Assembly (NCBI GenBank): GCA_041633075.1 | Contig: JBFKGZ010000001.1 | Location: 854-64,853, forward strand | Length of the DNA stretch: 64,000 nt | From: Candidatus Deferrimicrobiaceae bacterium | Lineage (GTDB): Bacteria > Desulfobacterota > Deferrimicrobia > Deferrimicrobiales > Deferrimicrobiaceae | Direction of reading: 5' to 3' | Shown here: positions 9,687 through 22,335 of the stretch, one piece after another | Numbering within the stretch: position 1 is the first letter of the stretch | Layout: each line of letters begins with the position of its first letter | Position numbers and translations under genes: made by a program | The notes under the pieces: generated by a model | What the model was told of the DNA's origin: nothing | What the model saw: only the letters and a program-made list of their open reading frames with translations | Databases searched by the model: none

Positions 9687-11087
9687 CTACCTGCTGCGGA
9701 ACGCCAGGTAGATCTGTCCTCCGTCCCGGTCGACCAGGACGGACACCATCTGCCCGCGCGGCGATTTCGCCAGCATCCTCCGGTAGGACTCCAGCCCTCC
9801 TATCGGCTCCCTGTTGATCCGGAGGAGAATGTCCCCCTCGCGTATTCCTCCCGTGCCGGCCGACCCCGACGGGTCCACGCGCTGGACCTCCACCCCCCCC
9901 TCGATCCCCAGGACGCGCTCCGACCCCTTCGGAAGAGCCTTCACATAGAGCCCCCAGGCGTCCCAGGGGGGTTTCCTGGGCACCGGATGCGGCGCCGGAC
10001 TATCCAACTCGGCCAGCTTTACGGTGACCCCCATCCGTTTCCCGCCGCGAAGGATCTCGATGACCACATCGCTGCCCGGGGCAATGCCTGCCACCATCTT
10101 CTGGAACTCCTTGACCCCGGTGATTCGTGTCCCTCCGAACGAGATCGCAATGTCTCCCCCGCGAAGACCCCCTGCGGCCGCGGGACTTTCGGGGACCACA
10201 CGATTGACCAACACGCCCTTTTCGCCCTTGACGCCGAACGACTCCGCCAGTTCGGGGGTCAGGAGCTGTATGCCGACGCCGAGCCACCCGCGCCGTATCG
10301 TCCCGGTATTCGCCAGCTCCCGTTCGATCTCGAGGACGGTGTTGATGGGGATCGCAAACCCGATCCCCTGTCCCCCGCTCACCATCGCGGTGTTGATGCC
10401 CACCACCTCCCCCCGGGTGTTCAACAGCGGGCCTCCGGAGTTGCCGGGATTGATGGATGCGTCGGTCTGGATCAGGTCTCCCGTCGGGTCGATCCCCAGG
10501 TCCATGCGTCCGGTGGCGCTGATCACTCCCAGGGTTACGGTGCTCTCGAGTCCGAACGGGTTCCCCACGGCGATCGCCCACTCTCCGACCTTTATCCGTG
10601 AGGAATCCCCGAGGACGGCAACAGGGAGCTTCCGCGACGGTTTGATCCTCAGAAGGGCGACATCGGTGCGCGGATCCGCCCCGACGATTTTCGCCCGGTA
10701 CTCGGTGCGGTCGGAAAGCCGGACGACGATCTCATCGGCGTCCCGGATGACGTGCTCGTTCGTGACGATGAGCCCGTCCTCGCCGACGATGACGCCGGAA
10801 CCGAGGGAGTCCTCCGGGAATCCGCCGTTATCCTCCAGCAGCTCCGCGAGGTAATCCTGCATCCTCTTGCCGCCCTCGGGGGTGCCCGCGGAGACTCCCC
10901 GGGAAAAGCGGGTGACCGTCCGGATGTTCACGACCGCGGGAACCGCCCTCTCCACGGCGGCGACAAACCCCTGCTGCATTCGGGCGACATCTTTCGTTCC
11001 CGGAGATGACTTGCCCCCGTCCCCGGAACACGCCGCCAGGAGTGGAACCAGGACGGTCACGATCGCCGCCGCGCGTCCCGCCTTCAT
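9687..11087 (-). CDS. htrA: periplasmic serine endoprotease, DegP/HtrA family with two PDZ domains
   Basis: Trypsin-like catalytic region (TNEHVI...GNSGGPLLN) followed by two PDZ-like regions; signal/lipobox-like N-terminus MKAGRAAAIVTVLVPLLAACS. ATG 11087 overlaps ribF stop (ATGA). Confidence 0.85.
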   Translation of the reverse strand: MKAGRAAAIVTVLVPLLAACSGDGGKSSPGTKDVARMQQGFVAAVERAVPAVVNIRTVTRFSRGVSAGTPEGGKRMQDYLAELLEDNGGFPEDSLGSGVIVGEDGLIVTNEHVIRDADEIVVRLSDRTEYRAKIVGADPRTDVALLRIKPSRKLPVAVLGDSSRIKVGEWAIAVGNPFGLESTVTLGVISATGRMDLGIDPTGDLIQTDASINPGNSGGPLLNTRGEVVGINTAMVSGGQGIGFAIPINTVLEIERELANTGTIRRGWLGVGIQLLTPELAESFGVKGEKGVLVNRVVPESPAAAGGLRGGDIAISFGGTRITGVKEFQKMVAGIAPGSDVVIEILRGGKRMGVTVKLAELDSPAPHPVPRKPPWDAWGLYVKALPKGSERVLGIEGGVEVQRVDPSGSAGTGGIREGDILLRINREPIGGLESYRRMLAKSPRGQMVSVLVDRDGGQIYLAFRSR

Positions 11088-12064
11088 GCCGTGGACCCCC
11101 CGGCAGCAGCAGGGTTCTGCCCCGTGCAGGCCTCCACCCTCCTCACGGGAAGCTTCGCCTCCCGGGCATACTGGACATCCTTCTCGATCTGACGCACCAG
11201 CTCCTCGACGCTCTTGAATTTTCTCTCGTCCCGGATCCGGTCCCGGAAATACACGGTTATTTTCTCTCCATAAATGTCCCGGTGGAAGTCCATCACGTGG
11301 ACCTCGAGGCCCAGGGAATTCTCGCCGAACGTCGGATTGAATCCCACACTGGCAACCGATCGGTGCCGGATACCCCCGACCTCCGCCTCCACAACATAAA
11401 CGCCGGGAAGAGGTACCAGCTCCTGGGAGAACCGTACATTCGCGGTCGGGAATCCCAAATCCTTTCCCCGTCCCGCCCCCGTCACCACCGGTCCCGACAT
11501 CCGGTAGGGGCGGCACAGAAGCTCTTCCGCTTCCCGAACCCGACCGGCCAGCAGAAGGCCCCGAATGCGGGTCGAGCTGACGATCAGGCCGCCCCGGAAG
11601 AGGGGAGGGACCACGTCCACCTCGAATCCGAGCTCCTGCCCGACCTCGGCGAGCATCGCGGGGGATCCGGTCCGGTTCCTTCCGAACGTGAAGTCAAAGC
11701 CGACCGTCACCCAGCGGGCCCGGAGCCTTCGCGCAAGAATCTGACGGGCGAATTCGTCCGGCCACATTTCCCCGATGGCGCTGTCGAAGGAATCGATCAC
11801 GAGCACGTCGATGCCCGACTGGGCGATGAGATCGGCCTTCTCCTCCTGCTCCGTGATTTCGTAGAACCTAGCGCCCGGGGAAAAGAAGCGGACGGGGTGC
11901 GGGATGAACGTGAGCGCTACGGCAATCGTTCCCGCCTCGCGCCCGCGGGCAATTGTCCGCCGCAGCAGTTCGCGGTGCCCCAGGTGCACTCCGTCGAAGT
12001 TGCCCACCGTGAGGGAGACGCCCGTTTCGGGGGTGAATTCGGAGGAACCGTGGACCACGATCAT
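11084..12064 (-). CDS. ribF: bifunctional riboflavin kinase / FMN adenylyltransferase
   Basis: 326-aa ORF; N-terminal FAD-synthetase region (NFDGVHLGHRELL) and C-terminal riboflavin-kinase region. Confidence 0.9.
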   Translation of the reverse strand: MIVVHGSSEFTPETGVSLTVGNFDGVHLGHRELLRRTIARGREAGTIAVALTFIPHPVRFFSPGARFYEITEQEEKADLIAQSGIDVLVIDSFDSAIGEMWPDEFARQILARRLRARWVTVGFDFTFGRNRTGSPAMLAEVGQELGFEVDVVPPLFRGGLIVSSTRIRGLLLAGRVREAEELLCRPYRMSGPVVTGAGRGKDLGFPTANVRFSQELVPLPGVYVVEAEVGGIRHRSVASVGFNPTFGENSLGLEVHVMDFHRDIYGEKITVYFRDRIRDERKFKSVEELVRQIEKDVQYAREAKLPVRRVEACTGQNPAAAGGSTA

Positions 12065-12276
12065 TTGTCGGTCTCCTTGCTCTTGGCCAACCTGCCCTCG
12101 CTTCCCGCGCCCGCAGGCAATAAAATCTCTTAATTATTATGATACTATACACAGATTCCACTGTTTTTCCCGATTTATCAAGACGTGGTTCCCGAAGGCC
12201 GTACCCGGCATCTGCGTACGACCGGTCAACCAGGGACGGAGACGGTTGGCGGGAGGAGGGGGCATAAGCCCAGGCG
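12065..12276. promoter_or_regulatory. AT-rich divergent intergenic region (ribF <- -> lptF), probable promoters
   Basis: Locally AT-rich (aataaaatctcttaattattatgatactatacacag) in a GC-rich genome, between divergently oriented genes; individual -35/-10 boxes not confidently assignable. Confidence 0.25.
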
Positions 12277-13413
12277 ATGAAAGTCATCCATCGGTACATC
12301 CTGTCCGAAATCGGGGGACCCTATCTCATCGCCCTGTTCACTTTTACGCTCTTGACATTGCTGCACCGTTTCTCCCGTCTCACCGATCTCGTGGTCGCCA
12401 AGGGCGTTCCCTCCCCGCTTGTGGGAAAGCTGCTGCTTTCGCTTCTTCCGCAGTTTCTCGCAATCACCCTCCCGGCCGCCCTCCTCCTTGCCATTCTCCT
12501 GGCCCTCGGAAGGCTCGGAGCCGACTCGGAAACGACCGCCCTGAGCACTGCAGGGGTGGGAATGCGCAGCCTGGTTCTCCCGGTTTTCCTGCTCAGCACG
12601 GCGACGTTTCTGGCGAGTCTCTTCATCGGATGGGTCGGAATTCCCTGGGGGCAGCGGAATCTCACGGAGTCGATCGCCCGCATCGTCTCGGTCCGTGCCG
12701 GCGCGGGGGTCGAAGAACACGTCTTCCGGGATGTGGCCCCCGATGTCCTGCTGTTCCCCGACCGGGTATCGACCGACGGCACCGGGATGACCGGAATCAT
12801 GCTCTCCCAGCGGGTGGAAGGGCAAGACCCCCTGCTCGTCTTTGCAAAGGAGGGAACGTTTCTGCCGGAAAGCGTCGACCGGGCCGCCGGGCTTCTCCTC
12901 CTGGACGGTACCATCCACCACAACGACAGGGGGGCGGATGCGTACCGGATCGCCTCGTTCCGGGAGATGGAATTCTACCTCCCCAGGAGGAACGTCGGTA
13001 CCGACGGCGACCGGGCCAGTCCCAAGCACCTCACCCTGCCGGAGCTGGCACGAAAGATTTCCGAAACGGAAGGAACAGGATCCTCTGCCAACTATCGGTA
13101 CCACTTTCACCGACGTCTCTCGCTTGCGGTCTCCTGCCTGGCGTTCGGCCTCCTCGCGATACCGCTGGGGCATTCGCAGCGCGTCCGCGGGAAATCCCCC
13201 GCGCTCGCCCTTACCCTTGCCATCATTCTCTTCTATTATCTTTTCCTCGCCGCCGCGGGGACACTCGAGCCGTTCTCCCCCGCACTCATGACGCTGCTTC
13301 TCTGGGTCCCCAATTCCGCAGGGCTCGCCGCGGCATGCTGGCTGATCTGGCGATCCGAGTCCCGCCTGGTTTTCCTCCCTGACCTGTTCGGGCGCTTCGA
13401 ACGGAAAAAATGA
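12277..13413 (+). CDS. lptF: LPS export ABC permease, LptF/LptG (YjgP/YjgQ) family
   Basis: 378-aa multi-TM protein, N-terminus MKVIHRYILSEIGGPY typical of the family; 4-nt overlap with next gene. Confidence 0.8.
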   Translation: MKVIHRYILSEIGGPYLIALFTFTLLTLLHRFSRLTDLVVAKGVPSPLVGKLLLSLLPQFLAITLPAALLLAILLALGRLGADSETTALSTAGVGMRSLVLPVFLLSTATFLASLFIGWVGIPWGQRNLTESIARIVSVRAGAGVEEHVFRDVAPDVLLFPDRVSTDGTGMTGIMLSQRVEGQDPLLVFAKEGTFLPESVDRAAGLLLLDGTIHHNDRGADAYRIASFREMEFYLPRRNVGTDGDRASPKHLTLPELARKISETEGTGSSANYRYHFHRRLSLAVSCLAFGLLAIPLGHSQRVRGKSPALALTLAIILFYYLFLAAAGTLEPFSPALMTLLLWVPNSAGLAAACWLIWRSESRLVFLPDLFGRFERKK

Positions 13414-14486
13414 CGATCATCACCCGCTACCTTCTCCGGGAATTCTCCAAGATCGCCGTGGCGGCGACTGCGGGATTCCTCCTCCTTTTCATCGTGATCG
13501 ACTTCGTCGAACAGGCCGATGAATTTCTGAAATACCGGACCTCCGTGGAAGAGGTGCTCCTATACTACCTGTACAGCGCGCCGAACATCTTCCTCCTGAC
13601 GTCCCCCGTGGCGGTTCTCCTTGCCGTGCTGATCACCGTCTCCCTGCGGGCGAGAGCCAACGAGTTCACCGCCATCTTCTCCGGCGGCATAAGCATCTGG
13701 AGGGCCTGCGCTCCCATTCTCGCGGGATGCGCGGTCTTTTCCGCCCTCTCCCTTGCGAGCTCGGAAACCCTCGTCCCCCGGATGACCCGCAAGGCAAGAG
13801 AAATCGTACAGTTCACGGCGCGGAACGGGAAAGTCGCCGCCCAGTTCTCGCTGAACCGGTACTGGATTCGCGGTGAGAAAGGAATCCTTTCCGCCCAGGT
13901 GGTCTATCCCGACAGGCAGGAATTGTTCGGGTTCCAGTACCTCGAGCTGGATGAGGAGTTCCGGCTCGTCCGGCGCATCGACGCCCGATCGGCAACGTAT
14001 AGGAAGGAAGGGGTCTGGGTGCTGCGTCAGGGTACCGAACGGGATTTTTCCGGCAATCCCGAGGTCGCACGTTTCACCGAGAAGGAGTTCGGTTTTCCGG
14101 AATCCTTCCTCCCGTTCCTGGTGGGGGAAACGCCGCCGGAAGAGATGACCTATGCCCAGCTATCCGGCTACATCCGCGACTCCGTCGCCCGCGGGTACGA
14201 TGTGCGCCGATACGAGGTGGACCTGCACGCCAAGCTTTCCTACCCGCTGCTCAACATGGTCATCAGCCTGGTCGCCATCCCCTTCGCTCTCCGCTCCCCC
14301 CGGTCGGGAGGAGTGTGGAGAAGCATCGGAGCGGGATTGTTCATCGGCTTCGTATGCTGGATGCTGCTTTCGTTATCCCTTTCGCTGGGGAAAAAAGGAC
14401 TTCTCCCGCCGGTTCTGGCGGCCTGGCTCCCGGATCTGGCGATCGCCTCCGCAGGAGTGTACCTGTTCCGGGGGGCAAGACGGTAG
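13410..14486 (+). CDS. lptG: LPS export ABC permease, LptF/LptG family
   Basis: 358-aa multi-TM protein, MTIITRYLLREF... N-terminus; paired with lptF. Confidence 0.8.
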   Translation: MTIITRYLLREFSKIAVAATAGFLLLFIVIDFVEQADEFLKYRTSVEEVLLYYLYSAPNIFLLTSPVAVLLAVLITVSLRARANEFTAIFSGGISIWRACAPILAGCAVFSALSLASSETLVPRMTRKAREIVQFTARNGKVAAQFSLNRYWIRGEKGILSAQVVYPDRQELFGFQYLELDEEFRLVRRIDARSATYRKEGVWVLRQGTERDFSGNPEVARFTEKEFGFPESFLPFLVGETPPEEMTYAQLSGYIRDSVARGYDVRRYEVDLHAKLSYPLLNMVISLVAIPFALRSPRSGGVWRSIGAGLFIGFVCWMLLSLSLSLGKKGLLPPVLAAWLPDLAIASAGVYLFRGARR

Positions 14487-14496
14487 AGAGTGACCC

Positions 14497-16957
<2,461 letters not shown>

Positions 16958-16989
16958 GCCGAAGGACTCCTGTAGAGAAAAGTGGAAAA

Positions 16990-17030
16990 CGGGCGAATTA
17001 TACTTCAGAACCGTTCTTCCGGGAATAACT
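16990..17030 (-). promoter_or_regulatory. candidate sigma70 promoter for metK (perfect -10 TATAAT)
   Basis: Minus strand reads TGAagTATAATtcgcc... with TATAAT at 17002..16997, ~40 nt upstream of metK ATG (RBS AGGAG); -35 is weak (ttcccg). Confidence 0.35.
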
Positions 17031-18768
17031 CTACCAGCCTTTTCATCAAATTCCCGGCGATATCGGCCGCTGTGGTATGGGCAAGAAGTTCTCCCACGAA
17101 TTCCCGCGCCTCGTATGCCACCGATTTCCGGAGGATTCGCTTTACGCGCGGGATGGAGGTCGCGCTCATGCTCAACTCGTCAATCCCCAGGCCGAGAAGG
17201 ACGTAGGAATAGAGTGGCTCGCCCGCCATCTCGCCGCACATGGCCACCGGGATCCCCGCATCATGCCCCCCGTCGACGATCCGGCGGACCAGCCGCAGGA
17301 TCGCCGGGTGCAACGGCTCGTAGAGGTACGAGACATGCTCGTTCACCCGGTCGATGGCGAGAACATACTGGATGAGGTCGTTCGTTCCGATGCTGAAGAA
17401 GTCCACCTCTCTCGCCAGTTGGTCTGCGACAATCGCCGCCGAAGGAATCTCCACCATGATTCCCACGCGCAGTTTACGGTCGTACGAAATACGTTTCCTC
17501 CTCAGCTCCGACCGCGCGTCATCGACTACCGTGAGAGCCGCGCGCAATTCGCCGACCCCGGAGATCATGGGGAACATCATCTGGACCTGGCCATACGAAG
17601 AGGCGCGCAGGATGGCCCGAATCTGCTGCTTGAAGATCTCCCGCTCCCGAAGGCAGAACCGGATCGCCCGCAGCCCCAGCGCGGGGTTCATCTCCTCGGC
17701 CAGTTCGAGCTGCGACACGAATTTGTCCCCCCCCAGGTCGATGGTCCGGATCGTGACGGGATGGCGGCCGAACTTCTCCGCGACGCGGCGGTAGGTCTGG
17801 AAGTGTTCCTCCTCCGATGGCAGATCCCTGCGGTTGAGGTACAGAAATTCGGTCCGGTACAATCCCACACCGTCCGCTCCGCTTCGCAACGCCACGTCGG
17901 CCTCCTCGGAAAACTCGATGTTCGCGAGAAGCTTGAGCGTCTTCCCGTCCCTGGTGACGGCGGGGAGCTTGGCGAACTTCGCAAGGTCCCGGATGCGGAG
18001 GGCATATGCCTTCTGTTTATCCGTGTATTCCTTTACCGTCTCGGGGGTGGGCCGGAAGATCACGACGCCCTCCTCCCCGTCGACAATGACCTCCTCGTTT
18101 TCCGCGAATTCCACTGTCACGCGCTCCAACCCCACGACGGCGGGGATGCCAAGAGAGCGGGCGGTGATCGCTGTGTGCGAGGTCTTGCTTCCCACGTCGG
18201 TCGCGAAGCCCAGAACCGGGCTTTTCAATATCTGCGCCGTATCGGCCGGGGAGAGGTCGTGCGCAATCACCACCACCGGATCCTTGATGGACGCGACCGA
18301 TTCCATGGGCCGGCCGGCCAGGTTCTCGAGTACCCGGTGGCCGATCTGGCGGAGGTCCTGTCCCCGCTCCCGCAGGTATTTGTCCTCGATGCGGTGGAAT
18401 GTCTCGAGCAGGTTCTGCAATACCTTGTTGAACGCCCAGTCCGCCTTGAACCGGTTTTCGCGTATGAGGCGGACCGTCTGGTCGATCAACATCGAGTCCT
18501 CGAGAAGGGCAAGGTGGACGGAGAGGATCTGGTAATGTTCCGTGGACTGGTCCTTCACGCCGTCCCGGATCGATTGAATCTGCTCCTTGGAACGGGCCAC
18601 GGCCCGGAAAAACGCGGCGACCTCCTCGTCTGTTTTGTCCTTGGATACCGTCGAGTGGACGGACCGCGAGAGCGCGCGGTTGACAAAGAACGCCTTTCCG
18701 ATGGCAACGCCGGGGGAGGCGGGAATTCCCTTAAGCATCTTCATCCGGGGGCGCGCTCTGTCGGGCAA
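17005..18768 (-). CDS. ptsI: phosphoenolpyruvate-protein phosphotransferase (PTS enzyme I)
   Basis: N-terminus [17 protein letters not shown]... and PEP-utilising domains. Track start 18768 is TTG with GGAGGAG 8 nt upstream; in-frame ATGs at 18744/18738 are alternatives. Confidence 0.85.
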   Translation of the reverse strand: MPDRARPRMKMLKGIPASPGVAIGKAFFVNRALSRSVHSTVSKDKTDEEVAAFFRAVARSKEQIQSIRDGVKDQSTEHYQILSVHLALLEDSMLIDQTVRLIRENRFKADWAFNKVLQNLLETFHRIEDKYLRERGQDLRQIGHRVLENLAGRPMESVASIKDPVVVIAHDLSPADTAQILKSPVLGFATDVGSKTSHTAITARSLGIPAVVGLERVTVEFAENEEVIVDGEEGVVIFRPTPETVKEYTDKQKAYALRIRDLAKFAKLPAVTRDGKTLKLLANIEFSEEADVALRSGADGVGLYRTEFLYLNRRDLPSEEEHFQTYRRVAEKFGRHPVTIRTIDLGGDKFVSQLELAEEMNPALGLRAIRFCLREREIFKQQIRAILRASSYGQVQMMFPMISGVGELRAALTVVDDARSELRRKRISYDRKLRVGIMVEIPSAAIVADQLAREVDFFSIGTNDLIQYVLAIDRVNEHVSYLYEPLHPAILRLVRRIVDGGHDAGIPVAMCGEMAGEPLYSYVLLGLGIDELSMSATSIPRVKRILRKSVAYEAREFVGELLAHTTAADIAGNLMKRLVELFPEERF

Positions 18769-18773
18769 GGGTC

Positions 18774-19091
18774 CTACTCCTCCTCCTCGAATTTCTCCGC
18801 GATCAATCCTCCGATGGCATCCACGGCCTCGTTGGCGTCCGGCCCCTTGGCGGACACCGATATGAGGGACTCCCGGTGTGCCGCAAGCATCAGAACCCCC
18901 ATGATGCTCTTGCCGTTCACCTCCAATCCCTCCCTTTCCAGCAGGATCTCCGAGGAGAAGCGGTTGGCAAGACGGACAAGCTTCGCCGCGGCCCGGGCAT
19001 GCAGCCCCAGCTTGTTCACGATCTCAAACCGGCGTTCGACCTTCTGCGATTCCACAGCCATATCGTTTTTCCCGTCTCCCTCCATCGTCAT
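18774..19091 (-). CDS. ptsH: phosphocarrier protein HPr
   Basis: 105-aa ORF containing NKLGLHARAAAKLV (His15 region) and SIMGV (Ser46 region). Confidence 0.8.
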   Translation of the reverse strand: MTMEGDGKNDMAVESQKVERRFEIVNKLGLHARAAAKLVRLANRFSSEILLEREGLEVNGKSIMGVLMLAAHRESLISVSAKGPDANEAVDAIGGLIAEKFEEEE

Positions 19092-19846
19092 TGCCAGAGA
19101 ATCAGCGTCCCGATGAGGAGAAGCAGGACGAGAAGTTCCGAAGGCGACACCGCCTTCCGGAAAAAGACCGTGAACAGATGAATGGCCAGGGCGGCAAGGA
19201 GAAAGACCCCCAGCTCCATCCAGGCTCCGCCGAACTGATGGGCCGTGTGGCTGGCCACTACTCCGCCATACGCTCCTCCCAGAATGGCGGCGATCATCTT
19301 CCTGTCCTCCGTTTTTCCCGTGAACCCCGCTTCCTTCAGGAACCGGACCGCGCTCTCCTCGCCTCCCATGCCTGCGGCGAACCCCCGGAACCGCAGCACC
19401 AGATGCGAACTATTGTAAAGAAACAGGAGCATCGCGATTCCCAGGAGAGGATGGACGAATGCCAGTATCGCGCCCGCCACGGAGGCCATCGGCTTCAGTG
19501 ACCCCCAGAAGTACGAGTCCCCGATCGCCCCGAGGGAACCCATCAGCCCCACCTTGAACGTCCCGACCGCCCTCGCATCCACCTTCCCCTCCGCCACGCG
19601 CTCCTCGAGCCGGATCGCCGCCCCCAGGATCACCGTCGCCATCGACGGATGTGTGTTGAAGAACTCGAGGTGGCGCTTCAGCGCCCGGGAGAACTCTTCC
19701 GGCCGGCCCTCGTAGCGGTCGCGGAGCGCCGGGAGAATGCTGTAGGCAAATCCCACGTTCTGCATTCCCTCGTAGTTCCAGCAGGCCTGCAGGAGAAACT
19801 GGCGGAACCAGACCCTCCGGCGAACACGCAACGGGATATCGCTCAT
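19088..19846 (-). CDS. PTS mannose/fructose/sorbose family IID component
   Basis: MSDIPLRVRRRVWFRQFLLQACWNYEGMQNVGFAYSILPAL... typical ManZ-type IID; ATG 19846 overlaps IIC stop (TGATG). Confidence 0.8.
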   Translation of the reverse strand: MSDIPLRVRRRVWFRQFLLQACWNYEGMQNVGFAYSILPALRDRYEGRPEEFSRALKRHLEFFNTHPSMATVILGAAIRLEERVAEGKVDARAVGTFKVGLMGSLGAIGDSYFWGSLKPMASVAGAILAFVHPLLGIAMLLFLYNSSHLVLRFRGFAAGMGGEESAVRFLKEAGFTGKTEDRKMIAAILGGAYGGVVASHTAHQFGGAWMELGVFLLAALAIHLFTVFFRKAVSPSELLVLLLLIGTLILWQ

Positions 19847-20544
19847 CAGACCAACCACCGAAAGAAGAAGATCGCGGAAAAAACGCACCCCATCGTCAGA
19901 TAGAACACGGGCGAGGTCCGGTCCGTCCTGCTGCAGGAAAAGACCGCCGCTGCCCCGAGAAGAGGGATCGCGGGCAGGAGGATGCCGAACTGGTAGTGGC
20001 TCTCCGGACCGAACCGGGGGAGGAGAAATCTCGCCAGGAAGACGCCGAGACCGGAGAACATGAGTGTAAGCGCCACTCCGAAAACTCCGAAGAGGACGAG
20101 ACCGGCCACCAGGCCGTTCTCCACCGACAGGGAATCCCCCTCCTCCAGCCGTTCGACGGTGAGGTGGGCGATTCTTCCGTTCAGCCGCCGCACGAGGCGG
20201 TCTGCGTACTTCCCGAGTTCGGCACATAACACCGATAGCAGGAGAATCGCAGCGAAACTCCCCGGTCCGAGCCCGATCGAGGAAGATGCCGCAGCCGCGG
20301 CTGCTCCGCCGAACACGGCGGCACCGGTGTCGTCGGGGGGTATCGAAGCCCCGACGGGGAGGCGCACGATGTAGAGAAGTTCCAGCACCGCCCCCACCTG
20401 CGCCCCCGCGGCGAAGTTTCCGAAAATCGCCCCCATGACGGGCGCCACGACGAGGGGCCGGTGCAGCATCACCTGGAACGCGGCGGTCCGATCGAGATAG
20501 CAGATCCCCCCCCACGCAGCGGCTATAAGGAAACTCCACGCCAT
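19846..20544 (-). CDS. PTS mannose-family IIC component
   Basis: Multi-TM protein MAWSFLIAAAWGGICYLDRTAAFQ...; ATG at 20544, 5 nt after IIB stop. Confidence 0.75.
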   Translation of the reverse strand: MAWSFLIAAAWGGICYLDRTAAFQVMLHRPLVVAPVMGAIFGNFAAGAQVGAVLELLYIVRLPVGASIPPDDTGAAVFGGAAAAAASSSIGLGPGSFAAILLLSVLCAELGKYADRLVRRLNGRIAHLTVERLEEGDSLSVENGLVAGLVLFGVFGVALTLMFSGLGVFLARFLLPRFGPESHYQFGILLPAIPLLGAAAVFSCSRTDRTSPVFYLTMGCVFSAIFFFRWLV

Positions 20545-20549
20545 CGCCG

Positions 20550-21023
20550 TTACCTTTCGGGTCCGAACGAGGTGCCGGCTTCGAACGGAGTCGCCTTGAC
20601 GGTTACGGCCACGCCCTGGAGGGAAAGGCACTGAACGGCCTCGAAGTCCTCCCGGGTGAAATACACCGAGGGGGCAATCTCCACCTTCCCCTCCGCGTAA
20701 TGCAGGTTGCCGATGTTCAGGGTGGAAAAACGGACACCGCGACGGAATATGTCGAGAGCGTCGCCAAACGTCGAGCAGAGAAGAATCGCCTTCTCTCCCA
20801 GCCGATCGACCTCGGAAAGGACGGGTCCGACCTCTTCCACACGACAGAAGACGGCGTGGATGTCCGGCGGCACGGCGATCTCCATGACCGACCTCAAAAA
20901 CGGGTTGCCGACGAGGTCGTCGTTGGCCACGACGAGACAGTTGGCACCCGTGTGGGGAACCCAGGTCTCCACCACCTGTCCGTGGATCAGCCGGCAGTCT
21001 ACCCGCACCAGAACGAGGGACAT
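20550..21023 (-). CDS. PTS mannose-family IIB component
   Basis: 157-aa ORF, N-terminal VRVDCRLIHGQV (phospho-His region of IIB-Man/Sor). Confidence 0.8.
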   Translation of the reverse strand: MSLVLVRVDCRLIHGQVVETWVPHTGANCLVVANDDLVGNPFLRSVMEIAVPPDIHAVFCRVEEVGPVLSEVDRLGEKAILLCSTFGDALDIFRRGVRFSTLNIGNLHYAEGKVEIAPSVYFTREDFEAVQCLSLQGVAVTVKATPFEAGTSFGPER

Positions 21024-21028
21024 CGCTT

Positions 21029-21439
21029 CTATTTTTCCGCCTTCTTCTTGAGCATGTCGCCCGGTATCGTGATGTTGCGTTTGCCGTATTCGAGAAGATG
21101 CTTCGCCAGCTCGGGAAGGGACATCGACGGCCGCGCCATCGGAAGCTTCACCATCATCGGCAGGTTCACGCCCGTCACCACTTCCACCTGATGGGTTGCG
21201 AGAAACGACAGGCCGATATTGGAGGGTGTGCCGCCGAACATATCGATGAGGAGGAGAACGCCCTTTCCCGCATCGACCGTCCGGATAGCCGCCTCCAACG
21301 TCTTGTGGATCTCCTCCATCCCCATCTTCGGGTGGATGTCCACCGTCACGATGTTCTCGATCTTCCCGACGATGATTTCTGCAGCGCGCAGGATCTCGGA
21401 AGCAAGCTGTCCATGGGAAATCAGTACGACGCCGATCAT
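21029..21439 (-). CDS. PTS mannose-family IIA component
   Basis: MIGVVLISHGQLASEIL... (His10 phosphorylation site of EIIA-Man); ATG 21439 overlaps rapZ stop (ATGA). Confidence 0.8.
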   Translation of the reverse strand: MIGVVLISHGQLASEILRAAEIIVGKIENIVTVDIHPKMGMEEIHKTLEAAIRTVDAGKGVLLLIDMFGGTPSNIGLSFLATHQVEVVTGVNLPMMVKLPMARPSMSLPELAKHLLEYGKRNITIPGDMLKKKAEK

Positions 21440-22335
21440 AGGGCTCTCCTGGTATCGGAAGGTGACCTGCCGATGTCGCGATGGACCACGATCGGAGCCA
21501 CCGGTTTGGGGAGAAAGCGCTTCACCTCCTCCGCCACGACCACCGAGCGATGTCTCCCCCCCGTACATCCCACGCCCAACGTGAAATAGGCCTTCCCTTC
21601 CCTTGTATAAAGCGGGAGGAGGAACTGCAAGAAAGAGGTCAGTTTCCCGAAAAACGTCCGGGCGGACCGGCTCTTCATGACGTAATTCCGGACCTTGCGG
21701 TCCAAACCGGTCAATTGTTTCAGATCGGAGACGAAATTGGGGTTGGGAAGGAACCGCACGTCCACCACCATATCGGCCTCGAGGGGAATCCCGTACTTGT
21801 ATCCAAAGGATATGATTCCCACCTGGAGGCCCGACTTCTCGCTCGGCCGAAATCTCCGGCCGATGGTGTCCCTCAGCTGGTGGACCGTGTACTGGGAGGT
21901 GTTGAGGACGGTGTCGGCCATCTCCCGGAGGGGGGAGAGCATCTCCCGTTCCCTTCGTATCGCCTCCTTCGCCCCGCCCCGCGCAGCGAGCGGGTGCTTT
22001 CTCCTCGTCTCGCTGAACCTGCGGAGAAGGACGTCGTCTTCTGCATCGAGAAACAGGACACGGACGTCGTGCCGCCCGCGCCGCAGTTCCTCGATAACCC
22101 GCGCGAAATCGGGCAGGAATTTCCGTCCCCGCACGTCCGCCACGAGCGCGATTCGGGCCGTGTCATCCCGTGCTTCGGAGACAAGGTCCACGATCTTCGG
22201 AAGAAGCACCGGCGGAAGGTTGTCGACGCAGAAATAGTCCAGATCCTCGAACACCTTTATCGCCGTGCTTTTTCCCGATCCGGACAGGCCGGTCACGACG
22301 ACGATGCGGGCGCGGGGTCTTCGGTGCGCCGTCAT
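21436..22335 (-). CDS. rapZ: RNase adapter protein RapZ (YhbJ), P-loop NTPase
   Basis: Walker A GLSGSGKST and conserved C-terminal region; canonical position between hprK and PTS genes. Confidence 0.85.
   Translation of the reverse strand: MTAHRRPRARIVVVTGLSGSGKSTAIKVFEDLDYFCVDNLPPVLLPKIVDLVSEARDDTARIALVADVRGRKFLPDFARVIEELRRGRHDVRVLFLDAEDDVLLRRFSETRRKHPLAARGGAKEAIRREREMLSPLREMADTVLNTSQYTVHQLRDTIGRRFRPSEKSGLQVGIISFGYKYGIPLEADMVVDVRFLPNPNFVSDLKQLTGLDRKVRNYVMKSRSARTFFGKLTSFLQFLLPLYTREGKAYFTLGVGCTGGRHRSVVVAEEVKRFLPKPVAPIVVHRDIGRSPSDTRRAL

Noticed and set aside
9687-11516. 609-aa ORF call for htrA, and similar extended calls for IID (19088..20539), PTS IIA, rpsB, oppF, kdsA, pgeF, rseP/cdsA (47438..49078, 49674..51335) and kdsB (31738..33561)
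   Set aside because: The upstream in-frame extensions overlap the preceding gene in a different frame. Homology and RBS/overlap signals support the internal starts given in the feature list.
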